DNA of 64,000 nucleotides from Polyangiaceae bacterium (GCA_044222475.1 JBGANF010000020.1:1-64000); one strand, 5' to 3'. Positions 1-9,637 are shown, counted from the stretch's first letter. The notes: generated from the letters alone by a model not told the origin. Numbers and translations are program-made.

Positions 1-249
1 GGTCTGGATGCGCTCCGACACGTCGCGGAACTCGAGGAGGGAGCGGCCGTTGGGAAGATCGACGGTGCGGACCTCGCGAACGAGCCCGAAGTTCTGATTG
101 TAGACCGCAATCCCGACCTCTTCGCGCTGCTGGGCGGTGGACTTCAACGTCGCTGCCGGAGCGGGGTCCGCATGCGCGAATGACGGGAGGACTCCCGCGA
201 GCGCGATGCTGGCGAGCGCGGAGAGAAGAGCTAGGCGTGTCTTCAGCAC
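1..249 (-). CDS. DUF4139-family secreted protein, copy 4 (N-terminus only; runs off the window)
   Basis: GTG at 249 overlaps the upstream stop; reads MLKTRLALLSALAS...LKSTAQQREEVGIAVYNQNFGLVRE, near-identical to the copy starting at 3322. Confidence 0.85.
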   Translation of the reverse strand, partial: MLKTRLALLSALASIALAGVLPSFAHADPAPAATLKSTAQQREEVGIAVYNQNFGLVREVRTVDLPNGRSLLEFRDVSERIQT

Positions 250-1883
250 CACTTCACCCTGACGCGATAGGTGATCTTCACTTCGCCTCTCGCCGCGATC
301 GTCGGCCGGAAGGTGAACGTGTGCGCGTCCTTCTTGGTCGAAGGCATCGACTGCGAGACGAGCTCCCAATCACCGCCCACCGGCTCGTAGACCTCCACCG
401 CCTGCGCGGTGTCCTTGTGGTTGCGCAGCGAGATCTCCCACGCGCTCTCGGTCGTGCACGTCCCGAGGATCTTGTAGTCCGTCTGCTTGCGGTCTCCGAC
501 CACGTCGAAGGCTTCGCCCATCTTGATGCGGACCTTCTCGTCGCGCGGGGTGTGATCGATGTTGTCCTCACCGATGAACTGCTTCGCGCCGCTCTTGTCG
601 GCCTTGTACACGCGCACCGTGCCCTTCGGCAGCGGCATCCCCATGTGGTTCTGCTCGGTGTTCTGGATGTCGAGGTAGACGCCGACCTTCTGGTTCGAAA
701 CGACCTGGCCGTAGTGCCCGCGGTAGTACTGCTGGGCGCCGTAGAAGATGAGCTGCTTCTCGACCTTGACGCCCTGCGCCTCGAGGAGGGTGACCTGCTT
801 TTGCTCCGCGTTGAGCAGGTTGGTCGGTCGGTCCAGCGTGTAGAGGTGGTACTCGAAGAAGCCCTCTTCCTGGAACTGCGGCCGAGCCGTTCCGCCGCGT
901 GGCGCGTCGTCGGCGAGCGACTCCGTCGTCACGTCGGCGTTGGGGCGTACGCGCTGCACGTCACCGGCGACGAGCTTGAGCTTCGCGTTGTCGTAGGTGG
1001 TGCCGGTCGTGTTGTTGAGCGTCACCCAGCCGGTGATGTCGCCGAGGGTGTCCGCGTCGTTGATGGTGAAGACGTAGTCGGCGTTCCAATTGAGGTTGTG
1101 GGTCAGGTACGTGACCTCGATCTTCTGCTTCCCGCCCGCTTCGAGCATCCACACGAGAGTCGGCTTGGAGATCAAGTTGTCGGGCACCTGCGGGAACGCG
1201 ATGCGGCCGGGGAAATTGTAGGTGATCTCGCCGTTGATCTTGAGGACGGTGCCTTGGCTGACGGCGATGACCTCGGCTTCGAACTCGTCGTCCTTGCCGG
1301 TCTTCTCGTTCCAGCGGTAGACCTTGACCTTCTTGCCGACGTACTTCTCGAGCAGCTTCTGCGGCGACAGGAGATCGTAGCGGTAGTTCTGCTCGAGCAC
1401 TCGGAGCTGGCCGCCGAGCGATTTGATCGAAACCGTCTCGGTCTGGATGCGCTCCGACACGTCGCGGAACTCGAGGAGCGAGCGGCCGTTCGGAAGGTCC
1501 ACCGTTCGGATCTCGCGAACGAGCCCGAAGTTCTGGTTGTAGACGGTGATCCCGACCTCTTCGCGCTGCTGCGCGGTGGACTTGAGGGTTCCGGCGGGAC
1601 CGGGAGCGTCGGCGCGAGCAGAACCGAGAAAAGCAGCCAAACAAACTCCGGCTAGCGAAATGAAGAGGCCAGCTCGAAGCTTCTGGTGACCGGGGCCGTT
1701 GGGGGCGGGCCCCCAACCGAGAAAGCTCTCCGGCTTTGCCGGAGAGTTTCGAGTCTCGTCCGTGGGGGTGTCGGGGGCGAAGCCCCTGACGTTGGGGCCC
1801 GCCGTTCGCAGTCTCGCGTCGACATCGGAGCGCGAGGTTTTGGCCCGCAGTTTCGCGTCGCCCTTGGAGCGCGACGTCAGCAC
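243..1883 (-). CDS. DUF4139-family protein, copy 3
   Basis: VYNQNFGLVRE, FFEYHLYTL, GMPLPKG and C-terminal YRVRVKWC shared with paralogues; start uncertain (GTG 1883 overlaps upstream stop; N-terminus runs through a palindromic element). Confidence 0.85.
   Translation of the reverse strand: MLTSRSKGDAKLRAKTSRSDVDARLRTAGPNVRGFAPDTPTDETRNSPAKPESFLGWGPAPNGPGHQKLRAGLFISLAGVCLAAFLGSARADAPGPAGTLKSTAQQREEVGITVYNQNFGLVREIRTVDLPNGRSLLEFRDVSERIQTETVSIKSLGGQLRVLEQNYRYDLLSPQKLLEKYVGKKVKVYRWNEKTGKDDEFEAEVIAVSQGTVLKINGEITYNFPGRIAFPQVPDNLISKPTLVWMLEAGGKQKIEVTYLTHNLNWNADYVFTINDADTLGDITGWVTLNNTTGTTYDNAKLKLVAGDVQRVRPNADVTTESLADDAPRGGTARPQFQEEGFFEYHLYTLDRPTNLLNAEQKQVTLLEAQGVKVEKQLIFYGAQQYYRGHYGQVVSNQKVGVYLDIQNTEQNHMGMPLPKGTVRVYKADKSGAKQFIGEDNIDHTPRDEKVRIKMGEAFDVVGDRKQTDYKILGTCTTESAWEISLRNHKDTAQAVEVYEPVGGDWELVSQSMPSTKKDAHTFTFRPTIAARGEVKITYRVRVKWC
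1691..1878. repeat. Palindrome cluster (REP-like) plus ~39-bp imperfect tandem duplication
   Basis: Hairpins GTTGGGGG-CGGG-CCCCCAAC, CTCTCCGGC-TTT-GCCGGAGAG, GGGGC-GAA-GCCCC; CGCAGTYTCGCGTCG...GGAGCGCGA twice (~1808, ~1846). Confidence 0.6.
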
Positions 1884-3322
1884 CACTTCACCCTCACGCG
1901 ATACGTGATCTTCACTTCGCCTCGCGCCGCGATCGTCGGGTTGAAGGTGAACGTGTGCGCGTCCTTCTTCACCGACGGCATCGATTGGGAGACCAGCTCC
2001 CAGTCGCCACCGACCGGCTCGTAGACCTCCACCGCCTGCGCGGTGTCCTTGTGGTTGCGCAGCGAGATCTCCCACGCGCTCTCCGTCGTGCACGAGCCGA
2101 GGATCTTGTAGTCGGTCTGCTTTCGATCGCCGACGACGTCGAAGGCTTCGCCCATCTTGATGCGGACCTTCTCGTCGCGGGGCGTGTGGTCGATGTTGTC
2201 TTCGCCGATGAACTGCTTGGCGCCGCTCTTGTCCGCTTTGTAGACGCGGACGGTGCCCTTCGGCAGCGGCATCCCCATGTGGTTCGTCTCTTTGTTCTCG
2301 ATGTCGAGGTAGACGCCGACCTTCTGGTTCGAGACGACCTGGCCGTACTGCCCGCGGAAGTAGTACTGCGCTCCGTAGAAGATCAGCTTCTTGTCGACCT
2401 TGACGCCCTGAGCCTCGAGCAGCGTGACCTGCTTCTGCTCGGAGTTGAGCAGGTTGGTCGGTCGGTCGAGCGTGTAGAGGTGGTACTCGAAGAAGCCTTC
2501 TTCCTGGAACTGCGGCCGCGCCGGCGCGCTCGCCGGAGGAGCGGCCGACTTCATCGCGCCGCCGTAGCCGCGCTGCGCTTGCACGCGCTGCACGTCACCG
2601 GCGACGAGCTTGAGCTTCGCGTTCTCGTAGGTGGTGCCGGTCGTGTTGTTGAGCGTGACCCAGCCGGTGATGTCACCCAGGGTGTCGGCGTCGTTGATCG
2701 TGAAGACGTAGTCGGCGTCCCAGTTGAGGTTCTGGGTGAGGTACGTCACCTCGATCTTCTGCTTGCCGCCCGCTTCGAGCATCCACACCAGTGTGGGCTT
2801 GGCGATCAGGTTGTCGGGCAGTTGAGGGAACGCGATCCGTCCGGGGAAGTCGTACGTGATCTCGCCGTTGATGCGGAGCACGGTGCCTTGTCCGGCGGCG
2901 AGGACCTCGGCGTCGAACTCGTCGTCCTTGCCGGTCTTCTCGTTCCACCGGTACACCTTGACGTGCTTGCCGACGTACTTCTCGAGCAGCTTCTGCGGCG
3001 AGAGAAGGTCGTACCGATAGTTCTGCTCGAGCACGCGGAGCTGGCCGCCGAGCGACTTGATCGAGACCGTCTCGGTCTGGATGCGCTCCGACACGTCGCG
3101 GAACTCGAGGAGCGAGCGACCGTTGGGCAGATCGACGGTGCGGATCTCGCGCACGAGCCCGAAATTCTGGTTGTAGATCGTGATGCCGACCTCTTCGCGC
3201 TGCTGCGCGGTGGACTTGAGGGTGGCTGCCGGAGCCGCGTCGGCATGCGCGAATGATGGGAGGACTCCCGCGAGCGTGATGCTGGCGAGCGCGGAGAGAA
3301 GAGCTAGGCGGGTCTTCAGCAC
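1877..3322 (-). CDS. DUF4139-family secreted protein, copy 2
   Basis: Signal peptide ...SFAHA-DA after GTG 3322, which overlaps the stop of copy 1; same motifs as paralogues. Confidence 0.9.
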   Translation of the reverse strand: MLKTRLALLSALASITLAGVLPSFAHADAAPAATLKSTAQQREEVGITIYNQNFGLVREIRTVDLPNGRSLLEFRDVSERIQTETVSIKSLGGQLRVLEQNYRYDLLSPQKLLEKYVGKHVKVYRWNEKTGKDDEFDAEVLAAGQGTVLRINGEITYDFPGRIAFPQLPDNLIAKPTLVWMLEAGGKQKIEVTYLTQNLNWDADYVFTINDADTLGDITGWVTLNNTTGTTYENAKLKLVAGDVQRVQAQRGYGGAMKSAAPPASAPARPQFQEEGFFEYHLYTLDRPTNLLNSEQKQVTLLEAQGVKVDKKLIFYGAQYYFRGQYGQVVSNQKVGVYLDIENKETNHMGMPLPKGTVRVYKADKSGAKQFIGEDNIDHTPRDEKVRIKMGEAFDVVGDRKQTDYKILGSCTTESAWEISLRNHKDTAQAVEVYEPVGGDWELVSQSMPSVKKDAHTFTFNPTIAARGEVKITYRVRVKWC

Positions 3323-4794
3323 CACTTCACCCTCACTCGGTAGGTGATCTTCACTTCGCCTCGCGCGGGCACCATCGGCTTGAACGTCAGCGTGTGCGCG
3401 TTCTCCTTCTCGCTCGGCATGCTCTGCTGGACGACGCTCCAGTCGCCGCTCAGCGGCTCGCGGACGAGCACCTCGTCGGGTTTGTCCTTGTGGTTGCGGA
3501 GCGAGATCTCCCACGCCGTCTCGGCGGTGCACGACCCGAGGACCTTGTAGTCGGTCTGCTTGCGATCGCCGACGACGTCGAAGGACTCGCCCATCTTGAT
3601 CGAGAACTTCTCGTCGCGCGGGGTGTGATCGATGCGGTCTTCGCCGATGAACTGCTTCATCCCGCCTTTGTCGGCCTTGTAGACGCGGATGACGCCCTTC
3701 GGGAGCGGCATGCCCATGTGGTTCTTCTCGGTGTTTTCGATCTCGAGGAGCACCGCGACCTTCTGGTTCGCCACGACCTGGCCGTACCGGCCGCGGTAGT
3801 AGTAGTCGTTGCCGGCGAAGACGAGCCGGCGTCGCACGTCGAGCCCGCGCGCTTCGAGCAGCGTGACTTGCTTCTGCTCGTTCGAGAGTAGGTCCGTCGG
3901 TCGCTCGAGGCCGTAGAGGTGGTACTCGAAGAAGTCTTCCTGCGTGAACTGCGAGCCTTCTTTCTTGTACTCGCGCTCGCCGTCTTCGTCGTACTCGTCG
4001 GGCGTCGTGTCGCGCCCGCGCACTCGCTGCACGTCTCCGGCGACGAGTTTGAGCTTCGCACCCTCGAACGAGGTGCCGGTGTCGTTGTGGAGCGTGACCC
4101 AGCCGGTGAGATCGGCCTTGGAGATCGCGGTGCCGTCGGCTTCGTCGCCCAGGTTGAGCACGTAGTCGGCGACCCAGTTGAAGCCGCCGCTGAGGTACGT
4201 CACCTCGACCTTCGACTTGTTGGCGTTCGAGTCGAGGAGCCACACGAGGCTCGGCTTCGCGATCAGGTTCGCCGGCACCTCCGGGAACGCGAAGCGCCCG
4301 TACGGAATGCCGTACGTGATCTGATCGCCGATCTTCACGACCGGCATGCCGCCGGACGTGGACAGGATCTCCGCCTCGAGGACGTCGTCCTTACCGGTCT
4401 CCTTGTTGTACCGGTAGATCTTCACCTTCTTGCCGACGCTCTTCTCGAGGAGCTTCTCCGGCGTGAGGAGGTCGTAGCGGTAGTTCTGCTCGAGGATCGA
4501 CAGCTGGCTGTCGTCCATCACCTTCACCGACACCGTCTGCGGCTCGACGTTGGTCGAGACGTCCCGGAACTCGAGGCTGACCCGGCCCGACGCGAGGTCG
4601 AGCGTGCGCTCCTCGCGCACGAGCCCGGTGTTGTTGTTGTAGATCGTGACGGCGACCCCGGTGCGCTGCGCCTTCGTCGAGACGCGGCCGGTCGCCGGCG
4701 TCTGGGGCGTCAGAGGTTTGGGAGTATTGCCTCCACACGCTGCGGCCAAGGCCGAGAGCATGCCGAGCGCGACCACGGGTAGAACACGCCTCAT
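3316..4794 (-). CDS. DUF4139-family lipoprotein, copy 1
   Basis: MRRVLPVVALGMLSALAAAC lipobox; TIYNNNTGLVRE, FFEYHLY, YRVRVKWC. Confidence 0.9.
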   Translation of the reverse strand: MRRVLPVVALGMLSALAAACGGNTPKPLTPQTPATGRVSTKAQRTGVAVTIYNNNTGLVREERTLDLASGRVSLEFRDVSTNVEPQTVSVKVMDDSQLSILEQNYRYDLLTPEKLLEKSVGKKVKIYRYNKETGKDDVLEAEILSTSGGMPVVKIGDQITYGIPYGRFAFPEVPANLIAKPSLVWLLDSNANKSKVEVTYLSGGFNWVADYVLNLGDEADGTAISKADLTGWVTLHNDTGTSFEGAKLKLVAGDVQRVRGRDTTPDEYDEDGEREYKKEGSQFTQEDFFEYHLYGLERPTDLLSNEQKQVTLLEARGLDVRRRLVFAGNDYYYRGRYGQVVANQKVAVLLEIENTEKNHMGMPLPKGVIRVYKADKGGMKQFIGEDRIDHTPRDEKFSIKMGESFDVVGDRKQTDYKVLGSCTAETAWEISLRNHKDKPDEVLVREPLSGDWSVVQQSMPSEKENAHTLTFKPMVPARGEVKITYRVRVKWC

Positions 4795-4950
4795 TGGACG
4801 GCGGAGCATAAACGAGGGGCTTTGCACTTTGGGCCTTTACGTGCCCAAACGCCGGAAGTTCTCCGGCCTTACAGCGATCCGCGCGTCTTCCCGGTGGCAC
4901 GTCGCTTGCTGCGAGGCCGCCACGAGTAGCGTGCGGGAAAAGCGTAGTCG

Positions 4951-5285
4951 CAGGTTGCGTGCCCTCCTGGCGGTTTGAAAGGTGGTCGCTCGGGAGGGGG
5001 AGCGGGAGCGGGAGCGGGAGGCGCAACTTCTTCTGACATGGGCCGACCGGGTGTCGTGTTCGGACACGGAAGGCTCGACGCGTACCCGTCGGCGCTCACG
5101 TTTCTCGGCGTGGCTGGCCGAATCTTCGGTTGGTTCAAGACCGTCGGCACGTTTCGTCGCCCGAGGTTCCGCGCTTACGAATGACGAAGCTCGTTCCCGC
5201 CTGACCTGACGCAGCTTCCCGCTCCCGCTCCCGCTCCCACTCCCGAGCGACAACACGACAATTCGGCAGGAGGGCACGCAACCTG
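4951..5285. mobile_element. MITE-like element with ~70-bp imperfect terminal inverted repeats
   Basis: Left arm CAGGTTGCGTGCCCTCCTG...GTCGCTCGGGAG(GGGAGC)n at 4951-5019 is the reverse complement of 5216-5285. Confidence 0.65.
5038..5204 (+). pseudogene. Probable internally deleted four-helix-bundle (IVP-like) gene remnant
   Basis: MGRPGVVFGHGRLDAYPSALTF resembles the F-x-H-E-[KR]-L-D-[VA]-Y N-terminus of that family; an out-of-frame MTKL resembles its C-terminus. Confidence 0.4.
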
Positions 5286-5312
5286 GAAAGACTCTCGTTT
5301 AGCCGCAACCTG

Positions 5313-6122
5313 CTAGTTCGGGTTCAGCGGGCACCCGGTCGGTGCGACCCATCCGAAGACGTTGACCCACAGCGCCTTGACCTGCGGCAGCGTCGACCAC
5401 TCGCTGTCGAACTCGATCCACTCGTCGCCCCAGACGAACGCGCGGCCTTTGCCCGCTTCGATCGCCCAGGCGACGTTGCCGGCCGGGATCGACGCGATCG
5501 GCGTGCGGACGTTCGGGGACGAGCCCGGCGCGCTCACGACGTAGCCCCCGGCGAACGTGATCGACGTGAGACCTTTCGTGATGGGGTGAGCGACGAACGT
5601 CGTCACCGGGCCGTTCACGAGCCCACCGCCGTAGGTGACGCCGAGCTCGCCGATGAGGGCGTTCGCGCGGAAGTCGGTGCTCGTGCCGTTGTAGCCGGTC
5701 ATGGAGATCAGCCCTCCGCCGGCCTCGACGAAGGCCTTCACGATCGCGGCTTCGGGCGCGGTGTAGTCGTGCGCGAGCCAATCGAGCACGATGACGTTGT
5801 ACGGCGCGATCTCCTGCGCGGTGAGCGCGACGTTCGTCGTCTGGATGCGCTTCACCGTGGTTCCGGCGTTCTGGAGCCACGTCTGGAAATTCGACGACGG
5901 GTTCGCGCCGGGGTTTCCGAGGATCCCGATGTTGAGGACGTTGCACTTCGGCGCGCCGTCGCCGGTCGCGGCGTCGGGGAAGATCGGCAAACCCGTGTCG
6001 TCGGCGCTGGCGTCGACCGGCGCAGCGTCGGTGCCGCCGTCGTCGGTGAAGGTGGACGTGGTGGTGCTCCCACAGCCGACCGCGCCGAGAGCCACGGCGA
6101 CCAAGAGCAAAGCGCTGCGCAT
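5313..6122 (-). CDS. Lipoprotein, possible class I glutamine-amidotransferase-like (ThuA-like) domain
   Basis: AVGC lipobox, DGG/DAA linker, YNVIVL, FVEAGGGLI, GRAFVWGDEW. Confidence 0.7.
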   Translation of the reverse strand: MRSALLLVAVALGAVGCGSTTTSTFTDDGGTDAAPVDASADDTGLPIFPDAATGDGAPKCNVLNIGILGNPGANPSSNFQTWLQNAGTTVKRIQTTNVALTAQEIAPYNVIVLDWLAHDYTAPEAAIVKAFVEAGGGLISMTGYNGTSTDFRANALIGELGVTYGGGLVNGPVTTFVAHPITKGLTSITFAGGYVVSAPGSSPNVRTPIASIPAGNVAWAIEAGKGRAFVWGDEWIEFDSEWSTLPQVKALWVNVFGWVAPTGCPLNPN

Positions 6123-6146
6123 GAGCTCAACCTAGCATTGGACGCG

Positions 6147-6761
6147 TCAGCGGCGAAGGAGGCGCACGAACGTGAACGCCTGGACCTTGCCGCCGGGCGT
6201 CGTGTGCTCGTGGCGGATCTGCTCGACGAGCTCGAACGCAGGCCCGAGCGCCGCCGCGAGCCCGGGCGCGTCGTAGCGAACGACCTCGAGGCCGCTGCAG
6301 CGCTCCGGACCGTCGAGGGCGAACGTGCCGACGACCGCGTGACCGCCGGGAGTCACGCCGCGCGCGAGCGCGCGCGCGTACGCTGCGCGATCGGCAGGGG
6401 AGGTGAGGAAGTGGAACACCGCGCGGTCGTGCCAGAGGGCGAACGGGGCGGGCGGATCGAAGGTGGTGACGTCGGCGACGACCCAGTGCACCGCGTCTCC
6501 ACGGACGCCGAGCCGGGCGCGCGTCTTTTCGAGCGCCGCCGACGAGACGTCGAGCACGGTGACGTCGCGGAAGCCGCGATCGAGCAGCCCGTCCACGAGC
6601 CGCGACGCGCCGCCGCCGACGTCGATGATCTTCCCGTCGAGCGGGGTGCCGCAGCGCGCGATGAGCTCGAGCGAGAGCGCCGGCTCGGGCTCGAACCACG
6701 ACACCTCGGTGTCGGCCTTGCGCGAGTAGACGTCGTTCCAGTGCTGCTCGCGAGTGCTCAT
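6147..6761 (-). CDS. Class I SAM-dependent methyltransferase
   Basis: HWNDVY, IIDVGGGAS, WHDRAVFHFL, GPERCSGL; ATG overlaps upstream stop (ATGA). Confidence 0.9.
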   Translation of the reverse strand: MSTREQHWNDVYSRKADTEVSWFEPEPALSLELIARCGTPLDGKIIDVGGGASRLVDGLLDRGFRDVTVLDVSSAALEKTRARLGVRGDAVHWVVADVTTFDPPAPFALWHDRAVFHFLTSPADRAAYARALARGVTPGGHAVVGTFALDGPERCSGLEVVRYDAPGLAAALGPAFELVEQIRHEHTTPGGKVQAFTFVRLLRR

Positions 6762-7600
6762 CCGGTGGCGTCGATCGAGCTGACGTCGACTGCGGCCAGC
6801 GCCGACACGGCGCGCGCGCAGGCGGCGCACGAGTCGACGTGCTTCTCGGCGAACTGCTTCTCGGCCTCCGTCGCAACCTCCGACTCGAGCCTCTCGAGGG
6901 CCCGCGCATCGAGGTGCTTCGGCTTCACGGCGTGGCCCGCTGCCTCTGCGTCCTTGCGGCACGCTTCGCACGAGGCGAGGTGCGCTTCGTCGACCGGCTT
7001 GCCGGAGAACACGGCGCCGAGCGCATCGCAGTTCACCCGACTTCCGAACCAGTGGCTCTCCTTCTTCGCGTCGTCGTCGAGGAGGGCGAGCTCGTCGCGA
7101 CGGCGTGGGTTGAGCGCGACCAGCATCCGCGCGCGCTTGGCGATCGACGCGTCGACCTTCTTGGTGATCGCGTCGACCTCGGCGGTCGATTGTTCGGCCC
7201 AAACGAGAGCGGCTCGCACCGAGGCGAGCCGATCACGTTCACGCAGTCCTTCCATCGCGCTCTCGACAAAGAGCAAACGCTCCTCCGGGGTATCCGCGAG
7301 GAGCGCTTCGAAGGCGTCGTCGTAGGCGCGCTCGACGCGCGTCTGGACGGTCTTCGGATTCATCGTACCGAGGAACGTCTGAATCGACGCGGCGTCGATC
7401 TTCTGGAGCGCCTGATCGACGATCTTGGAGTCGGACTTGAGAGCTTGGCTGCGACGAAGGAGATTGCCGGACATGGTCAGGACCTCACCGACGAGCGAGG
7501 GGTCCGAAACCTTCGCCGATCCATCGCAAAGTTTCTGCAAACGCGCGATGTGATCGGCGAAGCGATCGAACGCAGGATCCTTCTGCGACTGGGTCAACAC
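6758..7600 (-). CDS. Putative soluble anti-sigma factor with two C-terminal ZAS-type motifs
   Basis: HLASCEAC and HVDSCAAC (HxxxCxxC); directly downstream of an ECF sigma gene. Confidence 0.65.
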   Translation of the reverse strand: MLTQSQKDPAFDRFADHIARLQKLCDGSAKVSDPSLVGEVLTMSGNLLRRSQALKSDSKIVDQALQKIDAASIQTFLGTMNPKTVQTRVERAYDDAFEALLADTPEERLLFVESAMEGLRERDRLASVRAALVWAEQSTAEVDAITKKVDASIAKRARMLVALNPRRRDELALLDDDAKKESHWFGSRVNCDALGAVFSGKPVDEAHLASCEACRKDAEAAGHAVKPKHLDARALERLESEVATEAEKQFAEKHVDSCAACARAVSALAAVDVSSIDATG

Positions 7601-7601
7601 G

Positions 7602-8282
7602 TCACGCCTCCTCCGAGTCGGAGTCCGAGTCCGAGGGAGCGAGCTCCATCAAGTACAAGCGCATGTGCGCCTGTGCGCGGCTGACGCGCTTGTACGAGTT
7701 GGCGACCGTGATTCCCAGATGCTTGGCACATGCTTCGTGATCCTCCATGTCGAGGTGGTGGTAGGCGTTCCACGCCGCCGCCTCGTTCGGGTGTTCCTTC
7801 TCGAGGCGGGCGTAGGCCGCCCAGTACGTCGCCGAGGCTTCGGCTTTCTCCTCGTCGCGTCGCGAGCGCGCGATCGCCGGCCCGATGTGGGTCGGTGACT
7901 CGCCCCGCTCTTCGTCGTCGTCGTGCGGATCGTCGAGCAGCTCGCGCTGCTTGCGGTACGCGTCGATGGCGGCGTGCTTCACGATGCGGAGGAAGAACGT
8001 CTTCGGTGACGCGGCCTTTCCGGGGTTGAACTCGGAAGCGCCGCGGAACTGATCGATGCCCTTCTCGACGAACTTGCGCACCGCCTCCTGGAAGAGCTCC
8101 TCCTCGTCATCGGGGGAGCCGGCGCGGTAGCTCGCCTGGATGCGGCGGACCACCACGGCAGCCGGGCGCTTCCAGCGCTGACAGAGCGTGCCGAGCGCTG
8201 CGCCGACGTCGCTACCCGCAGCGCGGGAGCGAACGACGAGGTCGAACAATTCGGCATCGGACAAGTGCTCGAAGGCGGACAT
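7602..8282 (-). CDS. ECF-type RNA polymerase sigma factor
   Basis: Region 2-like EELFQEA...FFLRIVKHAAIDAYRK; region 4-like CAKHLGITVANSYKRVSRA. Confidence 0.85.
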   Translation of the reverse strand: MSAFEHLSDAELFDLVVRSRAAGSDVGAALGTLCQRWKRPAAVVVRRIQASYRAGSPDDEEELFQEAVRKFVEKGIDQFRGASEFNPGKAASPKTFFLRIVKHAAIDAYRKQRELLDDPHDDDEERGESPTHIGPAIARSRRDEEKAEASATYWAAYARLEKEHPNEAAAWNAYHHLDMEDHEACAKHLGITVANSYKRVSRAQAHMRLYLMELAPSDSDSDSEEA

Positions 8283-8499
8283 GGGCGAGGTAGGAGCGAA
8301 GGTGGAAGTGGAACGGCGCGAAACTGCGAGGGATTTCGGCGAGCGAGGCGGACAGCTCGGAAGGTCGTCCTGACCCCGGCGGGCCGCCCGACGGCGGACC
8401 GTCAGGCGAGCATAACGCAGGTCGAGGGCGAGCATAGGGATGCGGACGGGCGACCCTGACGGTTCCTGACTAGGACACGATGCTCTTGCGACGTCCCCC

Positions 8500-8544
8500 C
8501 AGAGGAGAGAACAGGGAGGGCGGAAGGACGGAAGGATTTAGGGG
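8500..8544 (+). repeat. Dispersed repeat, left arm of inverted pair with 10073-10117
   Basis: CAGAGGAGAGAACAGGGAGGGCGGAAGGACGGAAGGATTTAGGGG; 43/45 match to the reverse complement of 10073-10117. Confidence 0.85.
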
Positions 8545-9617
8545 TGTTCCGACCGTGAGCGATGGCGGGAAACGCGGTCGAGTCGGCGCACCATTTCGGC
8601 GGCGAGGTGCGGGTCGGGCTCGTCGCGGAGCGCGGTGGCAAGGAGCTTCTTCTGCGCGGCGGGGGTGATCGTTACGAGCAACTCGATGGCGTCATGGCGC
8701 AGGGATGGCGAAGCATGGGCGAGCCCGCGACGACACAGGTTGCGCCGCGTCGATTCTTCGACGAACCACGGCATGAGTGCAGTCCACCGAACGCGATTTC
8801 GCAGCGAACGTTCGTGCGTGAACCACTCGCCGATGAGGGGGCCTGTAGTCAGTGGTGAAGGGATCTCGAGGAGCCTGCTGAGCACCGACGTACGAACATG
8901 CGGATCGGGCGAGTGAAGGAGGTGCGTGCACCGTCTCTTGACCCGCTCGAGGTCTTTCGGATTCCTCGCGAGTGTCCAGAGTGCGGGGACGGCTTTGATG
9001 AAAACCTCGTCCTCGCGGTGCGCGACCATGGGTCGGAGCGCATCAGCGATCCGCTCGAATGCGACGGTGTGGCAGTACGACAGCCGGAATAGATCCGATG
9101 CTTGCCACACCGACCACATGCGGATGTACGGTCGCGGGTGTTCGAAGAGACGGACGAGAAGCACCGCGGCCTCGTCCGCGTCGCGATCGAGCCCGAGAAG
9201 CGACGATGCGACGGACGCCGCCAGCTGCGCCTGACTACTCCACGTCGTGTCCGCGTCGAAGGTCTTCGTGGACCGCGCGTACGCGCGAACCGCGCGCAGC
9301 AAGGCGGCTTTGCTTCCCCGACCGCCGTACGCAGAAAGGACTTTTTCGACGGCAAAACACATCCGGGTCGAGCGACCGGTGAGCGTGACCACCGCCGCTC
9401 GAAACTTCGGGTCACGGCGGCGCGAGAAGAGCGCATTCGCCGATCCTCTCTCGTCGCGCGCGACCGCCTCCACCAACGTCGCCAAGGACGGCCCATTGCG
9501 CGCGGTGCGCGGCGGGGCTCGTCGGAAGAGCGGTAGCCTGCGGATGATCATGTGCTTGGGATCGACCCGGTCCCGCGCGGCTCCGTCGAGAATTTCGAAC
9601 GGGCGTTTCTTTGCCAT
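8538..9617 (-). CDS. Hypothetical HEAT-repeat-like protein
   Basis: Units such as LFEHPRPYIR, LLHSPDPHVR, LAHASPSLR, LRDEPDPHL; very Arg-rich. Confidence 0.6.
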   Translation of the reverse strand: MAKKRPFEILDGAARDRVDPKHMIIRRLPLFRRAPPRTARNGPSLATLVEAVARDERGSANALFSRRRDPKFRAAVVTLTGRSTRMCFAVEKVLSAYGGRGSKAALLRAVRAYARSTKTFDADTTWSSQAQLAASVASSLLGLDRDADEAAVLLVRLFEHPRPYIRMWSVWQASDLFRLSYCHTVAFERIADALRPMVAHREDEVFIKAVPALWTLARNPKDLERVKRRCTHLLHSPDPHVRTSVLSRLLEIPSPLTTGPLIGEWFTHERSLRNRVRWTALMPWFVEESTRRNLCRRGLAHASPSLRHDAIELLVTITPAAQKKLLATALRDEPDPHLAAEMVRRLDRVSRHRSRSEHP

Positions 9618-9637
9618 GAACCAACCCTAGGGTCGGT

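Noticed and set aside
1877..4243. 788-aa ORF suggesting fusion or frameshift of DUF4139 copies
   Set aside because: Upstream part is an off-frame read of copy 1; real start is GTG 3322 before a signal peptide
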